Counted from the first letter of the stretch, positions 30,762 through 41,632 are shown. The stretch: 64,000 nucleotides of DNA from Minisyncoccia bacterium (GCA_046293175.1 JBKBPM010000001.1:235446-299445), one strand, 5' to 3'. Made by a program: numbers and translations. The notes: a model not told the origin generated them from the letters alone.

Positions 30762-31202
30762 ATGAAAGTAATTTTACTGCGAGATGTGGCTCGCCTTGGG
30801 AAACGATTTAGTGTCGTAGAAGTACCCGACGGCTTTGCCCTCAATAAACTCATTCCGCAAGGCCAGGCGCAATCTGCGACGCCAGAGAACCTCAAACGAG
30901 TACAGGCCCGAAACAAGGAAGTGGCTGCTCATAAAGAGGCTGGTGAGGAGAGTCTTCGGGCAACTCTCAAAGCTCTAACGGAATCGCCCCTGACGGTTAG
31001 GGTGGAAGCAAACGCGCAAGGGCACCTCTTTCAAGCCGTAAAGGCTGCCGACATTGCTCTCGCTGCTGCGGCTGCTGGCCACCCAATTGAAGTTGCTGTA
31101 CTCCACATTAAGACCCCCATCAAGTCACTTGGGACACACATGGTAGGAGTCAAGGCTGGTGGGGTGAGTGGATCATTTACAATTAACGTAGAGACTAAGT
31201 AA
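30762..31202 (+). CDS. rplI: 50S ribosomal protein L9
   Basis: MKVILLRDVARLGKRFSVVEVPDGFALN is the L9 N-terminal signature. Confidence 0.85.
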   Translation: MKVILLRDVARLGKRFSVVEVPDGFALNKLIPQGQAQSATPENLKRVQARNKEVAAHKEAGEESLRATLKALTESPLTVRVEANAQGHLFQAVKAADIALAAAAAGHPIEVAVLHIKTPIKSLGTHMVGVKAGGVSGSFTINVETK

Positions 31203-31206
31203 ACGT

Positions 31207-31905
31207 ATGGCAAAATATTTGCAGGTAGCTTCAATTATCGGTGTTTCACTCCTCTTGGTTTTTGGGCTCGCGTACTGGGCGTCAATGGACAAGGTACCGG
31301 AGCTGGAACTGATCACTGAGCCTGATACACCAGCCATTACTGCGCCACTCTCACCTAGCGAGTTGAATGTTACTAACCCTGATAATATCAATACTATGAA
31401 CCCTGTAGCTGTACTTGAAACGAATAAAGGCACTATTGAAATAGAACTCTACAAAGACACCATGCCTATTACCGCAGGTAACTTTGAGAAGCTTGTTAAG
31501 GAAGGTTATTATGACGGTATTAAGTTCCATCGAGTCATTGACGGCTTTATGATTCAAGGGGGCGATCCGCTTACGAAGGATGATAGTCAGATGGCTCGTT
31601 GGGGTACTGGTGGTCCAGGCTACGCGATTCCTGACGAACATATCGCTGGTCCACTCCTCAGTAATGTCCGCGGCACCATCTCAATGGCGAACGCCGGACC
31701 AAACTCAGGTGGTAGTCAATTCTTCATCAATCTCGTTGACAACACTGGTCTCGATTTTGATAAGCAACCACTTTCATCAAAGCACCCAGTTTTTGGTCGC
31801 GTGATAAAGGGTATGGAGGTGGTTGATGCAATTGGTGGAGTCGCGGTGGGGGCAGGGGATCGACCGGTTGAACCAGTAATCATCACTAAAGCCACCATCC
31901 GCTAG
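31207..31905 (+). CDS. Peptidyl-prolyl cis-trans isomerase, cyclophilin type, with an N-terminal membrane anchor
   Basis: Cyclophilin motifs: LETNKGTIEIELY, FHRVIDGFMIQGGDP, and MANAGPNSGGSQFFI. Confidence 0.85.
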   Translation: MAKYLQVASIIGVSLLLVFGLAYWASMDKVPELELITEPDTPAITAPLSPSELNVTNPDNINTMNPVAVLETNKGTIEIELYKDTMPITAGNFEKLVKEGYYDGIKFHRVIDGFMIQGGDPLTKDDSQMARWGTGGPGYAIPDEHIAGPLLSNVRGTISMANAGPNSGGSQFFINLVDNTGLDFDKQPLSSKHPVFGRVIKGMEVVDAIGGVAVGAGDRPVEPVIITKATIR

Positions 31906-32047
31906 AAACAATCAACTAGCCTAATCTGCGGCGTTGGCTTCGTCCTTCAAACCTTCAATGTATATCTAATACACCTTAGGTTTTCAGTCCTTGCCGCCTT
32001 GCATCTCAGGCCATTTGCTTGCTTCTAGAATAGAATTACCATAAAGC

Positions 32048-32075
32048 AAAACCGGCGCCCTTGGGCGCCGGTTTT
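32048..32075. terminator. Terminator AAAACCGGCGCCC-TTG-GGCGCCGGTTTT between convergent ppi and rpmA genes
   Basis: Perfect inverted repeat with T/A runs on both sides. Confidence 0.7.
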
Positions 32076-32091
32076 GTGTGTGGAGAGTGAA

Positions 32092-32370
32092 TTATGCAGC
32101 GACTACATCAACTGCCTTCTTCTGGACGAGCTGTCCATCAAAGCGAGTTTTGCGTATGTTGCGGAAAGCCACAACACCATCTACCATCGCAAAGATAGTG
32201 TGATCCTTACCCATCTTCACATTCTTCCCAGCTTCAATTTTACTACCGCGCTGACGAATAATAATCTGACCAGTCTTAACGACTTGTCCGTCAGTACGCT
32301 TGACCCCCAGATACTTTGGCTGAGAGTCCTTCAGGTTTTTGGCCGAACCGGCCGATTTCTTTGTTGCCAT
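32092..32370 (-). CDS. rpmA: 50S ribosomal protein L27
   Basis: Signature [44 protein letters not shown]. Confidence 0.85.
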   Translation of the reverse strand: MATKKSAGSAKNLKDSQPKYLGVKRTDGQVVKTGQIIIRQRGSKIEAGKNVKMGKDHTIFAMVDGVVAFRNIRKTRFDGQLVQKKAVDVVAA

Positions 32371-32584
32371 AGGTTATACTAAATATGTCTGCTGCATACC
32401 ATCCCTAATTAACCATTTCACGCACCAAGGAATCTTTTAGCTACAAAACTTCGCTTCGTCTTCACTATATATCTCGATATGACTCAGACTCCAGCTTGTT
32501 TTTCGCACAAAACCTTCCTTAGCGTCACGGTGAAAGCGTTACTCAGGGATGGTATGAATTCGTAACCCGTGGAGTATACGACAT

Positions 32585-32965
32585 ATGTTAGAAAAACTCA
32601 AGCGTTTCCTCGCTGATGACACTATATTTACAGGTACGCTTTTATGTGTTATAGCGGTAACCGCCTTCTTTTTGGGGCGCTATTCAGTTGCTGAGATAGC
32701 TCCTCGGACACCGGCTTTGATGCTTGAAGCGACGGCTCTGCTACCAATTGCGACCACTACGGCGGTAGCAAGCACTACACCACCCCCTGTATCCCTAACC
32801 GCAGAGACTGCCAAATATGTAGGTTCAAAGTCTGGTACGAAGTACCATCTTATGACTTGTGCTGGTGCAAAGCGTATAAAAGAAGAGAACAAGGTATTTT
32901 TTGCCACGGCGGCCGAGGCTGAGGCGGCGGGGTATACACCCGCCGCCAATTGCCCCGGTTTATGA
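32585..32965 (+). CDS. Membrane-anchored protein with a C-terminal Ada-type metal-binding domain
   Basis: N-terminal TM helix. C-terminal YVGSKSGTKYHLMTCAGAKRIKEENKVFFATAAEAEAAGYTPAANC matches the Ada Zn-binding pattern (YH..C....N.v.F....A...G..P...C). Confidence 0.5.
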   Translation: MLEKLKRFLADDTIFTGTLLCVIAVTAFFLGRYSVAEIAPRTPALMLEATALLPIATTTAVASTTPPPVSLTAETAKYVGSKSGTKYHLMTCAGAKRIKEENKVFFATAAEAEAAGYTPAANCPGL

Positions 32966-33111
32966 GGTCTGCCCAAAAAGCCTTCATACGTTGTTGCGCA
33001 TCAATCAGAAACATTCAACGTATAACCACATACGTCTCATATTTCTTCATTCGCGCGCCTAGTCTGAAGTCTTTTTGAAAACAGACTTATAGAATTCGCA
33101 GTGCCCACACC

Positions 33112-33978
33112 ATGCTCAATTGGAGACATATTATGAGGCAGAGGTCTAGTATAATAGAAGCTACTATGTATTTTTTACGGTTACTCGGTCGGGCGTTTGT
33201 CTTGTGGTTTAGTCGTGGGGCAGATGAGTCAGCAGCAGCTCTCGCGTACTTCATGCCGTTTGCGCTTACACCACTTATCATCCTCTCCGTCTCGATTGTA
33301 GGGCTCATGTATGGAGCGGAGCGAATCACGAATATGCTTATACGGTGGGGGAACTCAATTGATCCCGGAGTGACCGACTTAATTTATAGTTCAGTGACGA
33401 ACTTTGATAGTGTGACGACACATTACTATTGGCCGATTATAGGTCTTGTATTCTTGTTAATCATGATTTACATCACTCTTAATAGTCTCATCATCGGTTT
33501 TCATAAGTTATGGGAAATTGAGCGGCATGGTTGGCGAAGTTATCTTTCTCGACTGTGGCGTATTTCACTCTTCATTTGTGTCTTTCAATGTTATTTGGTG
33601 GCGATTATTTTATTGGAAGATATATTCTCTTTCACCGCCACTGTCTTTGGCTCAAGTGCCTGGCCACTCATTAACTTCTTTGCAAGTTTTCTTCTCACCA
33701 TGTTCTTACTCACCATTGCCTATGGTCTTTTAGCCTTTCGAGCACCATCTTTCTCTGGACGGTTTATGGGGGCCGCTGTCGCAGGTCTATTTCTCCTGTT
33801 TAGTCGTGGGCTTGTCGCATTCCATTTTGCGACCGCTCCAGTCCAAACTCTCTTTGGCGCGGCAGGACTTCTCATTACACTCCTTGTCTGGGTGTACGTG
33901 GTTGCGAGTATCATTCTCTACGGCGCGGCCTTCGCTCGAGTCTACGACGAAGCCCGCGGCCAGTGGCCTACCAGTTAA
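33112..33978 (+). CDS. YihY/BrkB family membrane protein
   Basis: ESAAALAYFMPFALTPL signature and six TM helices. The start could instead be the ATG at 33133 or 33166. Confidence 0.7.
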   Translation: MLNWRHIMRQRSSIIEATMYFLRLLGRAFVLWFSRGADESAAALAYFMPFALTPLIILSVSIVGLMYGAERITNMLIRWGNSIDPGVTDLIYSSVTNFDSVTTHYYWPIIGLVFLLIMIYITLNSLIIGFHKLWEIERHGWRSYLSRLWRISLFICVFQCYLVAIILLEDIFSFTATVFGSSAWPLINFFASFLLTMFLLTIAYGLLAFRAPSFSGRFMGAAVAGLFLLFSRGLVAFHFATAPVQTLFGAAGLLITLLVWVYVVASIILYGAAFARVYDEARGQWPTS

Positions 33979-34627
33979 TTGGTGTTCGTCCAATTTCCTC
34001 TAAATAGGCATTGGCTTTGGAAAAATGCTGACAGCCAAAGAACCCGCGGTGGGCGGAGAGGGGAGAAGGATGTGGGGCGGTGAGTACGAGATGTTTTGTT
34101 TCATTAATGAGGCGACGTTTAGCAATCGCAAAGGCTCCCCAGAGCAAAAAGACTACTTGGGTTTGTTCGCGCGAGATAGTCGCAATCACTTCGTCCGTAA
34201 AGGTTTCCCAGCCAAAGGTCTGGTGCGCGCCGGCTTCGCCAGCGCGCACGGTAAGCGTGCTGTTAAGGAGGAGGACGCCCTGTGTCGCCCAGTCGGAGAG
34301 ATCGCCCGTTGTGCGATTGACTCCCACGTCGCTCTCGAGTTCCTTATAGATGTTTTGTAGTGACGGTGGCAGGGCCGTACCGTCTTCTACCGAGAAGGCC
34401 AGTCCATTGGCCTGATGTGGTCCATGATAGGGATCTTGACCAACTATCACTACTTTGACTGCAGGGAGTGGCGTGAGGTCAAACGCCCGAAAAACATTTT
34501 TTGGATGGGGGTAGATGGTTTCGGTTTCGTAGGCAAAGCGCACTGATTCGGTGAGCCGTTTGAAATACGGCTTTTCAAATTCGGCGGCGAGTGCCGCCCG
34601 CCACGAATCTTCGATGCGTACGACCAT
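33968..34627 (-). CDS. ung: Uracil-DNA glycosylase (family 1)
   Basis: Water-activating loop VVIVGQDPYHGPHQANGLAFSV and C-terminal HPSPLSAHRGFFGC. The likely start is MVVRIEDSW at 34627. Confidence 0.85.
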   Translation of the reverse strand: MVVRIEDSWRAALAAEFEKPYFKRLTESVRFAYETETIYPHPKNVFRAFDLTPLPAVKVVIVGQDPYHGPHQANGLAFSVEDGTALPPSLQNIYKELESDVGVNRTTGDLSDWATQGVLLLNSTLTVRAGEAGAHQTFGWETFTDEVIATISREQTQVVFLLWGAFAIAKRRLINETKHLVLTAPHPSPLSAHRGFFGCQHFSKANAYLEEIGRTPINW

Positions 34628-34696
34628 ATACCATAGTATACAAACAAAAACAACAAACGCCACCAGAGGCGGCGATTGTGCTGCTACTGGTGGCGT

Positions 34697-35110
34697 TTAG
34701 GTGAGTAGTGACCGAAGATAGTGCTTTGTCCACCAATCTGTGCAGAGATGGAGGGCGTCGTGGACACTGCTCCAGCAATGGGTGGCAGCCGGTGATTCGA
34801 GCACGATAGTGCCACCTTCATACACCCCCCTAAACATGTAGTGCTCCCAGAACACATGTGGATCATGGGGGATGGCGCGCTTTTTATACCGCACAAACTT
34901 CAGTTGAGTCTGGAGTCTGGTTTCTTCTCGTAATTCACGCAGCGCTGCTTGCCTGATGGTTTCGTGCGGATCTACCTTGCCACCAGGTAGTTCCCAGCTG
35001 AAGCTGTTGTTGCGGTCGGTTTCGATGAGCAAGATATGCAGGTCTTCTGGACGGCGGAGATCAATCCTTGCCGTCCGTCCTTTAATAAAGTCGGTGGGCA
35101 TGGTTTGCAC
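34697..35110 (-). CDS. NUDIX hydrolase
   Basis: Nudix box GGKVDPHETIRQAALRELREETRL. Confidence 0.75.
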   Translation of the reverse strand: MQTMPTDFIKGRTARIDLRRPEDLHILLIETDRNNSFSWELPGGKVDPHETIRQAALRELREETRLQTQLKFVRYKKRAIPHDPHVFWEHYMFRGVYEGGTIVLESPAATHCWSSVHDALHLCTDWWTKHYLRSLLT

Positions 35111-35172
35111 TCCTTTCTATCTCTACTATAGCATGATGGAGCTACCTGTACAGACTATGGCATAATACTCGT

Positions 35173-35763
35173 ATGATAGTTATCGATATAGAAGCTTCGG
35201 GCACAGAATATCAACTGCACTCGATTGTCTCACTTGGAGCGATTGATATGAGTAATCCAAAGCGGCAGTTTTATGTCGAGTGTCGCGTCTGGGATGGGGC
35301 ACATATTATGGAGGAGGCGCTTGCGGTCAATGGCTTTACGGAAGCACAAATCACCGACGCCACCAAAATGAGCGAAGCTGAGCTCGTGCGTGAGTTTATG
35401 GAGTGGACGCAGATGTGCAGTGATCGAACATTGGTCGGACAAAATGTCTCCTTTGATCGCGATATGCTCAAGGCGGCCGTGATTCGAGCGGGGGAGAATT
35501 GGACCTTGCCATACCGCACGCTTGATACCCATACCATGTGTTACATGCATATGGTGAAGGCGGGGATTATGCCACCATTTGACGCTGAACATAAGCGCAC
35601 CGCACTCAATCTCGATGCAGTTCTCAACTACTGTGGCATCCCCGAAGAACCAGATCCCCACAATGCGCTTACCGGAGCAAAGTGTCATGCGGAGGTGGCG
35701 GCGAGACTCCTATACAATCGGCCACTTCTCCCCGAGTTTGCTTCGTATCCTATCCCGTGGTGA
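35173..35763 (+). CDS. DEDDh 3'-5' exonuclease (DnaQ-like)
   Basis: Exo I motif VIDIEASG, Exo II VGQNVSFDRDML, and Exo III HNALTGAKCHAEVAARLL. Confidence 0.7.
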   Translation: MIVIDIEASGTEYQLHSIVSLGAIDMSNPKRQFYVECRVWDGAHIMEEALAVNGFTEAQITDATKMSEAELVREFMEWTQMCSDRTLVGQNVSFDRDMLKAAVIRAGENWTLPYRTLDTHTMCYMHMVKAGIMPPFDAEHKRTALNLDAVLNYCGIPEEPDPHNALTGAKCHAEVAARLLYNRPLLPEFASYPIPW

Positions 35764-35772
35764 TGAGCCTGC

Positions 35773-36549
35773 GTGCTACAATACACGCATATGGTTCGAA
35801 AAGTTCTTGGTTTGACACGTAAGAAAAAAGAAGATAAAGCAGCAAAAAATTTACCACACTGCCGCGTCGTTACTGATTTACTCGACCCAAAAGGAACCGA
35901 TGGGGACGCTATTCAGTCATGGCGCGTCTTTCGGATTATGTCCGAGTTTGTTTCGGGCTTTGAACTACTCCGCAATCACGGTCTGGCAGTAACATTCTGG
36001 GGAAGTGCTCGTCTCTCACCAAACGATCCGTACTACAAGATGGCCGAAGAGCTTGCGGCCCGTCTAGCAAAGAAAGGTTTCTCTGTCATCTCTGGTGGTG
36101 GACCCGGTATTATGGAAGCCTCAAACGTTGGTGCGTTTAAGGTCGGTGGCAAATCAGTAGGTCTTAATATTCAGCTTCCGTTTGAACAGAAGCTTAATCC
36201 GTACACGACCGAGTCACTGAACTTTGACTTCTTTTTCTCACGCAAAGTGATGCTAACCTTTGCCTCTGAAGCCTATGTGTACTTCCCAGGCGGGTACGGT
36301 ACCCTAGATGAGTTTTTTGAAATCATCACGTTGATCCAAACCAAGAAAATTGAAAAAATCCCGGTTGTATTGATAGGAAGCGATTTTTGGAACCCGCTTA
36401 TTGCTTGGTTTGAAAAAGAACTCATGAAAAAGTTCAAGACTATTAGTAAAGAAGATCTTGATATCTTTAAAGTGTTTGACGATATCAAAGAGGCGGAAAA
36501 GTATATTTTGAAAAATGTTGATTGTAATGTTAACTACAACCAACGCTAG
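35773..36549 (+). CDS. LOG family protein (TIGR00730 / cytokinin riboside 5'-monophosphate phosphoribohydrolase-like)
   Basis: Motifs GGGPGIMEA and PGGYGTLDEFFEI. GTG at 35773 or ATG at 35791. Confidence 0.75.
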   Translation: MLQYTHMVRKVLGLTRKKKEDKAAKNLPHCRVVTDLLDPKGTDGDAIQSWRVFRIMSEFVSGFELLRNHGLAVTFWGSARLSPNDPYYKMAEELAARLAKKGFSVISGGGPGIMEASNVGAFKVGGKSVGLNIQLPFEQKLNPYTTESLNFDFFFSRKVMLTFASEAYVYFPGGYGTLDEFFEIITLIQTKKIEKIPVVLIGSDFWNPLIAWFEKELMKKFKTISKEDLDIFKVFDDIKEAEKYILKNVDCNVNYNQR

Positions 36550-36552
36550 ATT

Positions 36553-37398
36553 ATGACTTTTGTTGTATTTGATATAGGTGGAACCAAAACACGCATTGGC
36601 TTTTCTGCTGATGGTAAGAAGCTTGATACAGTGAAGTCATTTAAAACGGATCCTAAGCCTGAGCAGGGTCTCGCAGAGGTGGTCTCCGTTATAAAAGAGT
36701 GTGGAGGTGCCGTTACCGCTATTGCCGGTGGGGTGCGTGGCGTACTCCGTGAAGATCGTCTTGGCATTGACCATGATGGTATTTTGACTAAGTGGGCGAA
36801 TGTGTCGATTGTCGATTTCCTCGCGGGTGAGTTTATGGTACCAGTATTCCTTGAAAACGATACTGCGCTTGCTGGCCTCGGTGAAGCGATATATGGTGCG
36901 GGGAAGGGAGTTGGGCTTGTGGTCTACCACACAGTAAGTACCGGTGTTGGTGGGGTGCGGATTGAAAACGGCGTCATCGATATGGCTAGTATCGGCTTTG
37001 AGCCCGGGCATCAAGTACTTGATATCGACCGCACTATCCTCGGTGAAGATGTTCCGCCAACCCTGGAGAACCTTGTTTCTGGACGGGCGGTTGAAGGGCG
37101 TATGGGGGTAAAACCGTACGAAATTGCCCAAGATGACGTGATTTGGGATGAACTAGCCGGCTATTTGGCTCAGGGTTTGCGTAACACCGTTCTCTATTGG
37201 TCTCCTGAAGCCATCATCCTTGGGGGGTCCATGATGGTAGGGGATCCTAGAATCCCCCTTGATTCAGTACGTCGCGCGACGGTAGCCGTTCTTGATGGGG
37301 TGATGCCGTGCCCCTTCATCACTACTGCTGAATTAGGAGATGAAGCGGGTGTGCACGGCGCTTTGGCCTTTTTACAACAAAAAATGCGGTCTCTATAG
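36553..37398 (+). CDS. ROK family sugar kinase (glucokinase-like)
   Basis: VFDIGGTKTRIG ATP-binding motif and ENDTALAGLGEAIYGAGKG. Confidence 0.75.
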   Translation: MTFVVFDIGGTKTRIGFSADGKKLDTVKSFKTDPKPEQGLAEVVSVIKECGGAVTAIAGGVRGVLREDRLGIDHDGILTKWANVSIVDFLAGEFMVPVFLENDTALAGLGEAIYGAGKGVGLVVYHTVSTGVGGVRIENGVIDMASIGFEPGHQVLDIDRTILGEDVPPTLENLVSGRAVEGRMGVKPYEIAQDDVIWDELAGYLAQGLRNTVLYWSPEAIILGGSMMVGDPRIPLDSVRRATVAVLDGVMPCPFITTAELGDEAGVHGALAFLQQKMRSL

Positions 37399-37591
37399 GA
37401 CCGCTTGGAAGCATGTGAGCTGCTCCACCTATGCACGCTAAGAAATCCGTACGCCCATACGAGGGAGCGCCTAGGACTTGATTGGTTGGTAGCACCACAC
37501 ATGCACTTGTGTTGCGTCCAATCAGAACTATTTTAAATTATACATATATACTAGGAAAAGTCAAATAATGGTGCGTTACTTAAGTATACAC

Positions 37592-37619
37592 AAAAAATGG
37601 CTCAATAGAGCCATTTTTT
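37592..37619 (+). terminator. Terminator AAAAATGGCTC-AATA-GAGCCATTTTT
   Basis: Perfect inverted repeat 190 nt after the ROK gene stop. The intervening GC-richer segment may be a small RNA. Confidence 0.55.
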
Positions 37620-37653
37620 GTCCTTTGTTTGAGTCAAAAACTAGCCAATTTCA

Positions 37654-37682
37654 TTGACAGTAAGTCCAAAATGTGCTATTAT
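37654..37682 (+). promoter_or_regulatory. Strong sigma70-like promoter TTGACA-17-TATTAT
   Basis: Consensus -35 and near-consensus -10 with 17-nt spacing, upstream of the lysozyme-like gene. Confidence 0.5.
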
Positions 37683-37833
37683 GCTAGAAATCCGCAAAAG
37701 TCTGTTACGATTGTGCGGTTACCGGATTTGGGCGGTCCCCGCCGGTATTATCCATTAAGACAATTGGCTTATTATATCGACTATCGTCCTGGCTGTCATT
37801 GCCGCTTCTACCGCATTTTCGGTACCGGAAACC

Positions 37834-38262
37834 ATGGCCTACGGACAAATCACGACCACCGAAAGTGAAGTAAGTACATTGACTGTTGAGGCAAAATCAG
37901 CTGCTCCAGCAAATAAAAAGGTGGCTTACGCCCCTGAAGCTGCAGCTGTCGGTGATACCGAAGCCGTCGTACGTGCCTACTTTGCAGACGTACCGGTTAT
38001 GATTCAGATAGCCCGCTGTGAGTCACATTTTCGTCACTATCTAGCTGACGGAACCGTCCTTAAGGGACGCGTAGACGGCGCCGATACCGGAGTAATGCAA
38101 ATCAACAAGCGTTACCACGAGAAGGCTGCCGCTGCGATGGGTCTTAATCTCGATGATATTCACGGCAACATGGCCTATGCCCGCCATCTCTATGAGACGC
38201 AGGGTACACGACCATGGAACGCGTCGGCTCCTTGTTGGGCGAAGACGCTTGCCATGAATTAG
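37834..38262 (+). CDS. Lysozyme-like / lytic transglycosylase (SLT-type) domain protein. A probable signal/TM segment is encoded in frame upstream of the annotated ATG.
   Basis: Motifs IARCESHF (catalytic Glu-Ser) and GVMQIN. The in-frame upstream peptide LIISTIVLAVIAASTAFSV (37768-37833) has no ATG/GTG/TTG start. Confidence 0.55.
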   Translation: MAYGQITTTESEVSTLTVEAKSAAPANKKVAYAPEAAAVGDTEAVVRAYFADVPVMIQIARCESHFRHYLADGTVLKGRVDGADTGVMQINKRYHEKAAAAMGLNLDDIHGNMAYARHLYETQGTRPWNASAPCWAKTLAMN

Positions 38263-38416
38263 GTCGTAGTCAAAAAATCTTCGATTGACTTTGTTGCACT
38301 TTGTTCGCAATGACTCGCCGTACTACCAAGTACGTGTCGTCTTTGCTCACTCGTGCGCCTCGTCACTCAAATTTTTTTGACCACGCCAGTCTCCACTATC
38401 GAGATCAAGCGAAAGC

Positions 38417-38452
38417 AAAAACAAAACACCCCTCTAGGGGGTTTTTGTTTTC
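38417..38452. terminator. Bidirectional terminator AAAACAAAACACCCCC-TCTA-GGGGGTTTTTGTTTT
   Basis: Inverted repeat with flanking T/A runs between convergent genes. Confidence 0.6.
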
Positions 38453-38586
38453 TTTGTATTTTTAATAATCAATTAAATTGATTCAGATTCGAGACGTCGA
38501 GGAATAAATTGGTGGGACGTACTTTTTTTGCTACGTTGAATCAATTTATGACGATGACAACAAAGAAGATGAGTTAATATAATTGA

Positions 38587-38988
38587 TTATTTGATCTTCC
38601 AACCGGTTCCTGCACCATATGCCATCACATACAAGAGACCACCAATAATGGCGAGGTTCTTTAAGGTGGCAATATCGTTCATTGGCTGGCTCCAGTCACG
38701 GTGTCCGAAGTAGGTAGCACCGAGGGTGAAGAGGATAAGCGCCAGAGCAGCATGTTCAACTTTGTAGCCAAGGACAAGCGCGAGACCACCACCGAGCTTT
38801 ACGGCAAGCACTACCCAGTAGGCAAGAGCGGCCATTGGCACACCAACTGAAGCGTAGAATGCCGTTGTGCTTTCAGCTCCTCCTGTAAGCATACCGTACC
38901 CGGTATAGAGGAAGAGGAGACCAATAAGGGTGCGTCCAACTAAGATTCCATTACTTTGTAACGTCTTTCGTTGTGAATCATTTATCAT
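38587..38988 (-). CDS. DoxX family membrane protein
   Basis: 133 aa, four TM helices, pattern LIGRTLIGLLFLYTG typical of DoxX. Confidence 0.7.
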   Translation of the reverse strand: MINDSQRKTLQSNGILVGRTLIGLLFLYTGYGMLTGGAESTTAFYASVGVPMAALAYWVVLAVKLGGGLALVLGYKVEHAALALILFTLGATYFGHRDWSQPMNDIATLKNLAIIGGLLYVMAYGAGTGWKIK

Positions 38989-39096
38989 AATCGATAAAAT
39001 TTTAATTCTTTGTATAAATATTTGATGTCTCTTGTATCGCGTTGTACAAGGAGCGAGACAGTAGACGATAACTTGTTCCTTCTATAGTATACACCT

Positions 39097-39570
39097 ATGG
39101 CAAAACGCTATTGGCTCATGAAGAGCGAACCCAGTGAATTTAGTATCGATGATCTTGAACGGAAAGGGGAGTCCCTCTGGGATGGGATTCGCAATTACCA
39201 GGTGCGGAACCTCATTCGCGATACTATCAAGGTAGGGGACAAGGCGCTCTTTTATCACTCGTCGTGTAAGGAGGTAGGGGTAGCGGGGGAGATGGAGATT
39301 GTGGGCAGCCCAGTTCCAGATCCGACCCAGTTTGACCCACAAAGCCACTATTACGACCCAAAGTCGCCCATGGACAACCCGCGCTGGCTTGCTCTCCCGG
39401 TACGGCACGTAGCTACCTGGGGCAGGGTAGTGCCACTAGCAGAGCTACGCGCCACCCCAGCCCTTAAGAATATGACAATACTCAAAGCCGGGAACAGGCT
39501 TTCGATTACTGAGGTAACAAAGGAGGAGTACGATGCGATTTGTACTATTTATGAATATATCAAAAAATAA
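39097..39570 (+). CDS. EVE (PUA-like) domain protein
   Basis: MAKRYWLMKSEPSEFSIDDL..WDGIRNYQVRNLIRD..GDKALFYHS matches the EVE/thymocyte nuclear protein 1 family. Confidence 0.75.
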   Translation: MAKRYWLMKSEPSEFSIDDLERKGESLWDGIRNYQVRNLIRDTIKVGDKALFYHSSCKEVGVAGEMEIVGSPVPDPTQFDPQSHYYDPKSPMDNPRWLALPVRHVATWGRVVPLAELRATPALKNMTILKAGNRLSITEVTKEEYDAICTIYEYIKK

Positions 39571-40381
39571 CTTCTCATACTCCAGACTCAATTTTAGATT
39601 CTCTTCGGGAGGGTGAAAAATCGATTTTTAGCCAATTAATATACGAGGTGAGCCCACAGATATTAGCAATACACGGAGTCACATATTTTCGAGTGAAACA
39701 AGAAAATTAAAGAACCGCACCATATCTCACTAATAGTTTCTATATTGACAATCCTGTAATTACTGTCATTATTGTAACTAAATCTGAATAAAACGAAGTC
39801 TTTGATGAAGCTGTACCATATCATACCTAAAGGTGGGGTAGTGGGGGACAAGCTTCTGCTGCTCGCCACACTCCGAGATGAATATCCGGGAGTCTACGCC
39901 AAAGCCATAGAGAAGTACTAAGGCAGGGAAGAGGTGCCACAAAACTTCATACCTCTGCTCGACTGCCCCTGGTAAGAATGTCATCTTCCTCAGCCCGGTG
40001 CATCTACAAGTGCTCCATGGCGTGTGCTGTATCCTGTGGGCACAGTGGATTGATTGGCAAAGAGGCGTATGTGATTGATCCGAGAAGCCTGCGGTCGGAC
40101 CGTTTAGTCACCTATGACTACGCTGATGGTGGGAGCTACAGCTTTTACGATGTCGAAGACTACCTTCGCCTTCGCCATGCGCGTATCAGTGCCGTGACCC
40201 GCAACTACTACCGGAACGCTGTCGATGCAGGGAAGCGGCCATTTCTCTTTCATTGCATTACGCATGTCATGTACCAAATGCGAAATTTCCGTAGAAGGGC
40301 TGTCAACAGTACAAGTGCGCGCTTAGAAGCACTCAAAATATACGCCCCAGTCAATGAAATAACCGGGTTTCGTATACCAAA

Positions 40382-41338
40382 TTATTTCTTCAGTGGATGG
40401 AAGTCGCGGTGGGTGGTTTCGGCGAAGCGATCAGAGGCATGTACGTACCGGGTGGTGGTCTCAAGGGATTCGTGACCGAGGAGCACCTGGATGGCCGCTG
40501 GGTTCGCCCCTTGTTCAGCGAGATAGGTCGCAAAGCCGTGACGGAGACTGTGGGCGCTTGTTTTGATACTCATACCGAGGTATTCACGATACCACTTAAT
40601 CTTCATTTGCACGTAGTTAGGGGAGATATGCTTCTTTTTATTGTTGGCATTGAGGCCCCGTTCGGCTACAAAGATGTAGGGGTTTTCATCATCACGCATT
40701 TTGAGGTAATCGCGGATGTAGCCTTCGGCCCTAGCGGTGAGGTAGATGAAGCGTCGCTTCCGACCCTTACCTTCAACGAAGATTTTGCCCGAATGATCGA
40801 GCTGATTGATCTTGAGTGAAATCAGTTCTGAGATACGCATACCGCTCGCAAACAAGGTCTCCATGATGGCGCGGTTACGCTTCGCTACAAATTCATCCTT
40901 CTCGACGGTTGAGGGGCACTCAATAAGTCTAATGAGTTCATGGAGTTCAGCCACTTGGCCATGCTGCTTACCTATACGGAGAAGCTTAATCGCTTGTGGG
41001 GGAATGGGAGTAAACTCATCCATATCAAGGAGGTAGGAGAGATAACGCCGCAGAGAGGTGAGATGGCGGTTGATCGAACCACTTTTGAGCTTCACTTCAG
41101 ATTCTTGCCCATCAGCGGTCTTCCGGGTGGGGGAGTTGAGGTAGGCCTTGTATTGTTCGATGGTCTTTTTGGTGACTTTCTCAAATGGCAGGTCGCGCAT
41201 TTCATTTTTGAGGAAATTCGCAAATGTGTCGAGATCGCGCTCGTAGTTGTACAGAGTTTCGTGTGAGTAGTTGTTCGCCTGGATATGCAACAAGAAGTCA
41301 TCTATCGAGGGAAGTGTATTGGTTGAAGTTTTTGCCAT
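40382..41338 (-). CDS. Tyrosine site-specific recombinase, XerC/XerD (phage integrase) family
   Basis: N-terminal SAM-like core-binding domain. Catalytic residues in ..RISELISL.., HSLRHGFAT, and LLGHESLETTTRYVH. 318 aa. Confidence 0.85.
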   Translation of the reverse strand: MAKTSTNTLPSIDDFLLHIQANNYSHETLYNYERDLDTFANFLKNEMRDLPFEKVTKKTIEQYKAYLNSPTRKTADGQESEVKLKSGSINRHLTSLRRYLSYLLDMDEFTPIPPQAIKLLRIGKQHGQVAELHELIRLIECPSTVEKDEFVAKRNRAIMETLFASGMRISELISLKINQLDHSGKIFVEGKGRKRRFIYLTARAEGYIRDYLKMRDDENPYIFVAERGLNANNKKKHISPNYVQMKIKWYREYLGMSIKTSAHSLRHGFATYLAEQGANPAAIQVLLGHESLETTTRYVHASDRFAETTHRDFHPLKK

Positions 41339-41632
41339 ATTTTTATCGTGAACCAGATTCTTTGGATTCGTATTTCTATTATACCCCGGCAGTGGGGCAC
41401 CTCCCTTTAGGGCTGTTAATAACTGAGTATAATAACTCTAATACTCAGTATTATATCTAAAATAAAGCTATTTTTAACCTTTGATATAAATACGCGATTT
41501 GGCCTTGGTTAGACTCCGTCGTCAGTGTCTGTGTACTCTTCCCTACAGTCGTCTAAAATATTTTAAATTTTAGATTTTGATTTATTTCATTTTTGATCAC
41601 TTTTCTTTGGCTCTACGCTGGCGCAAATTTCT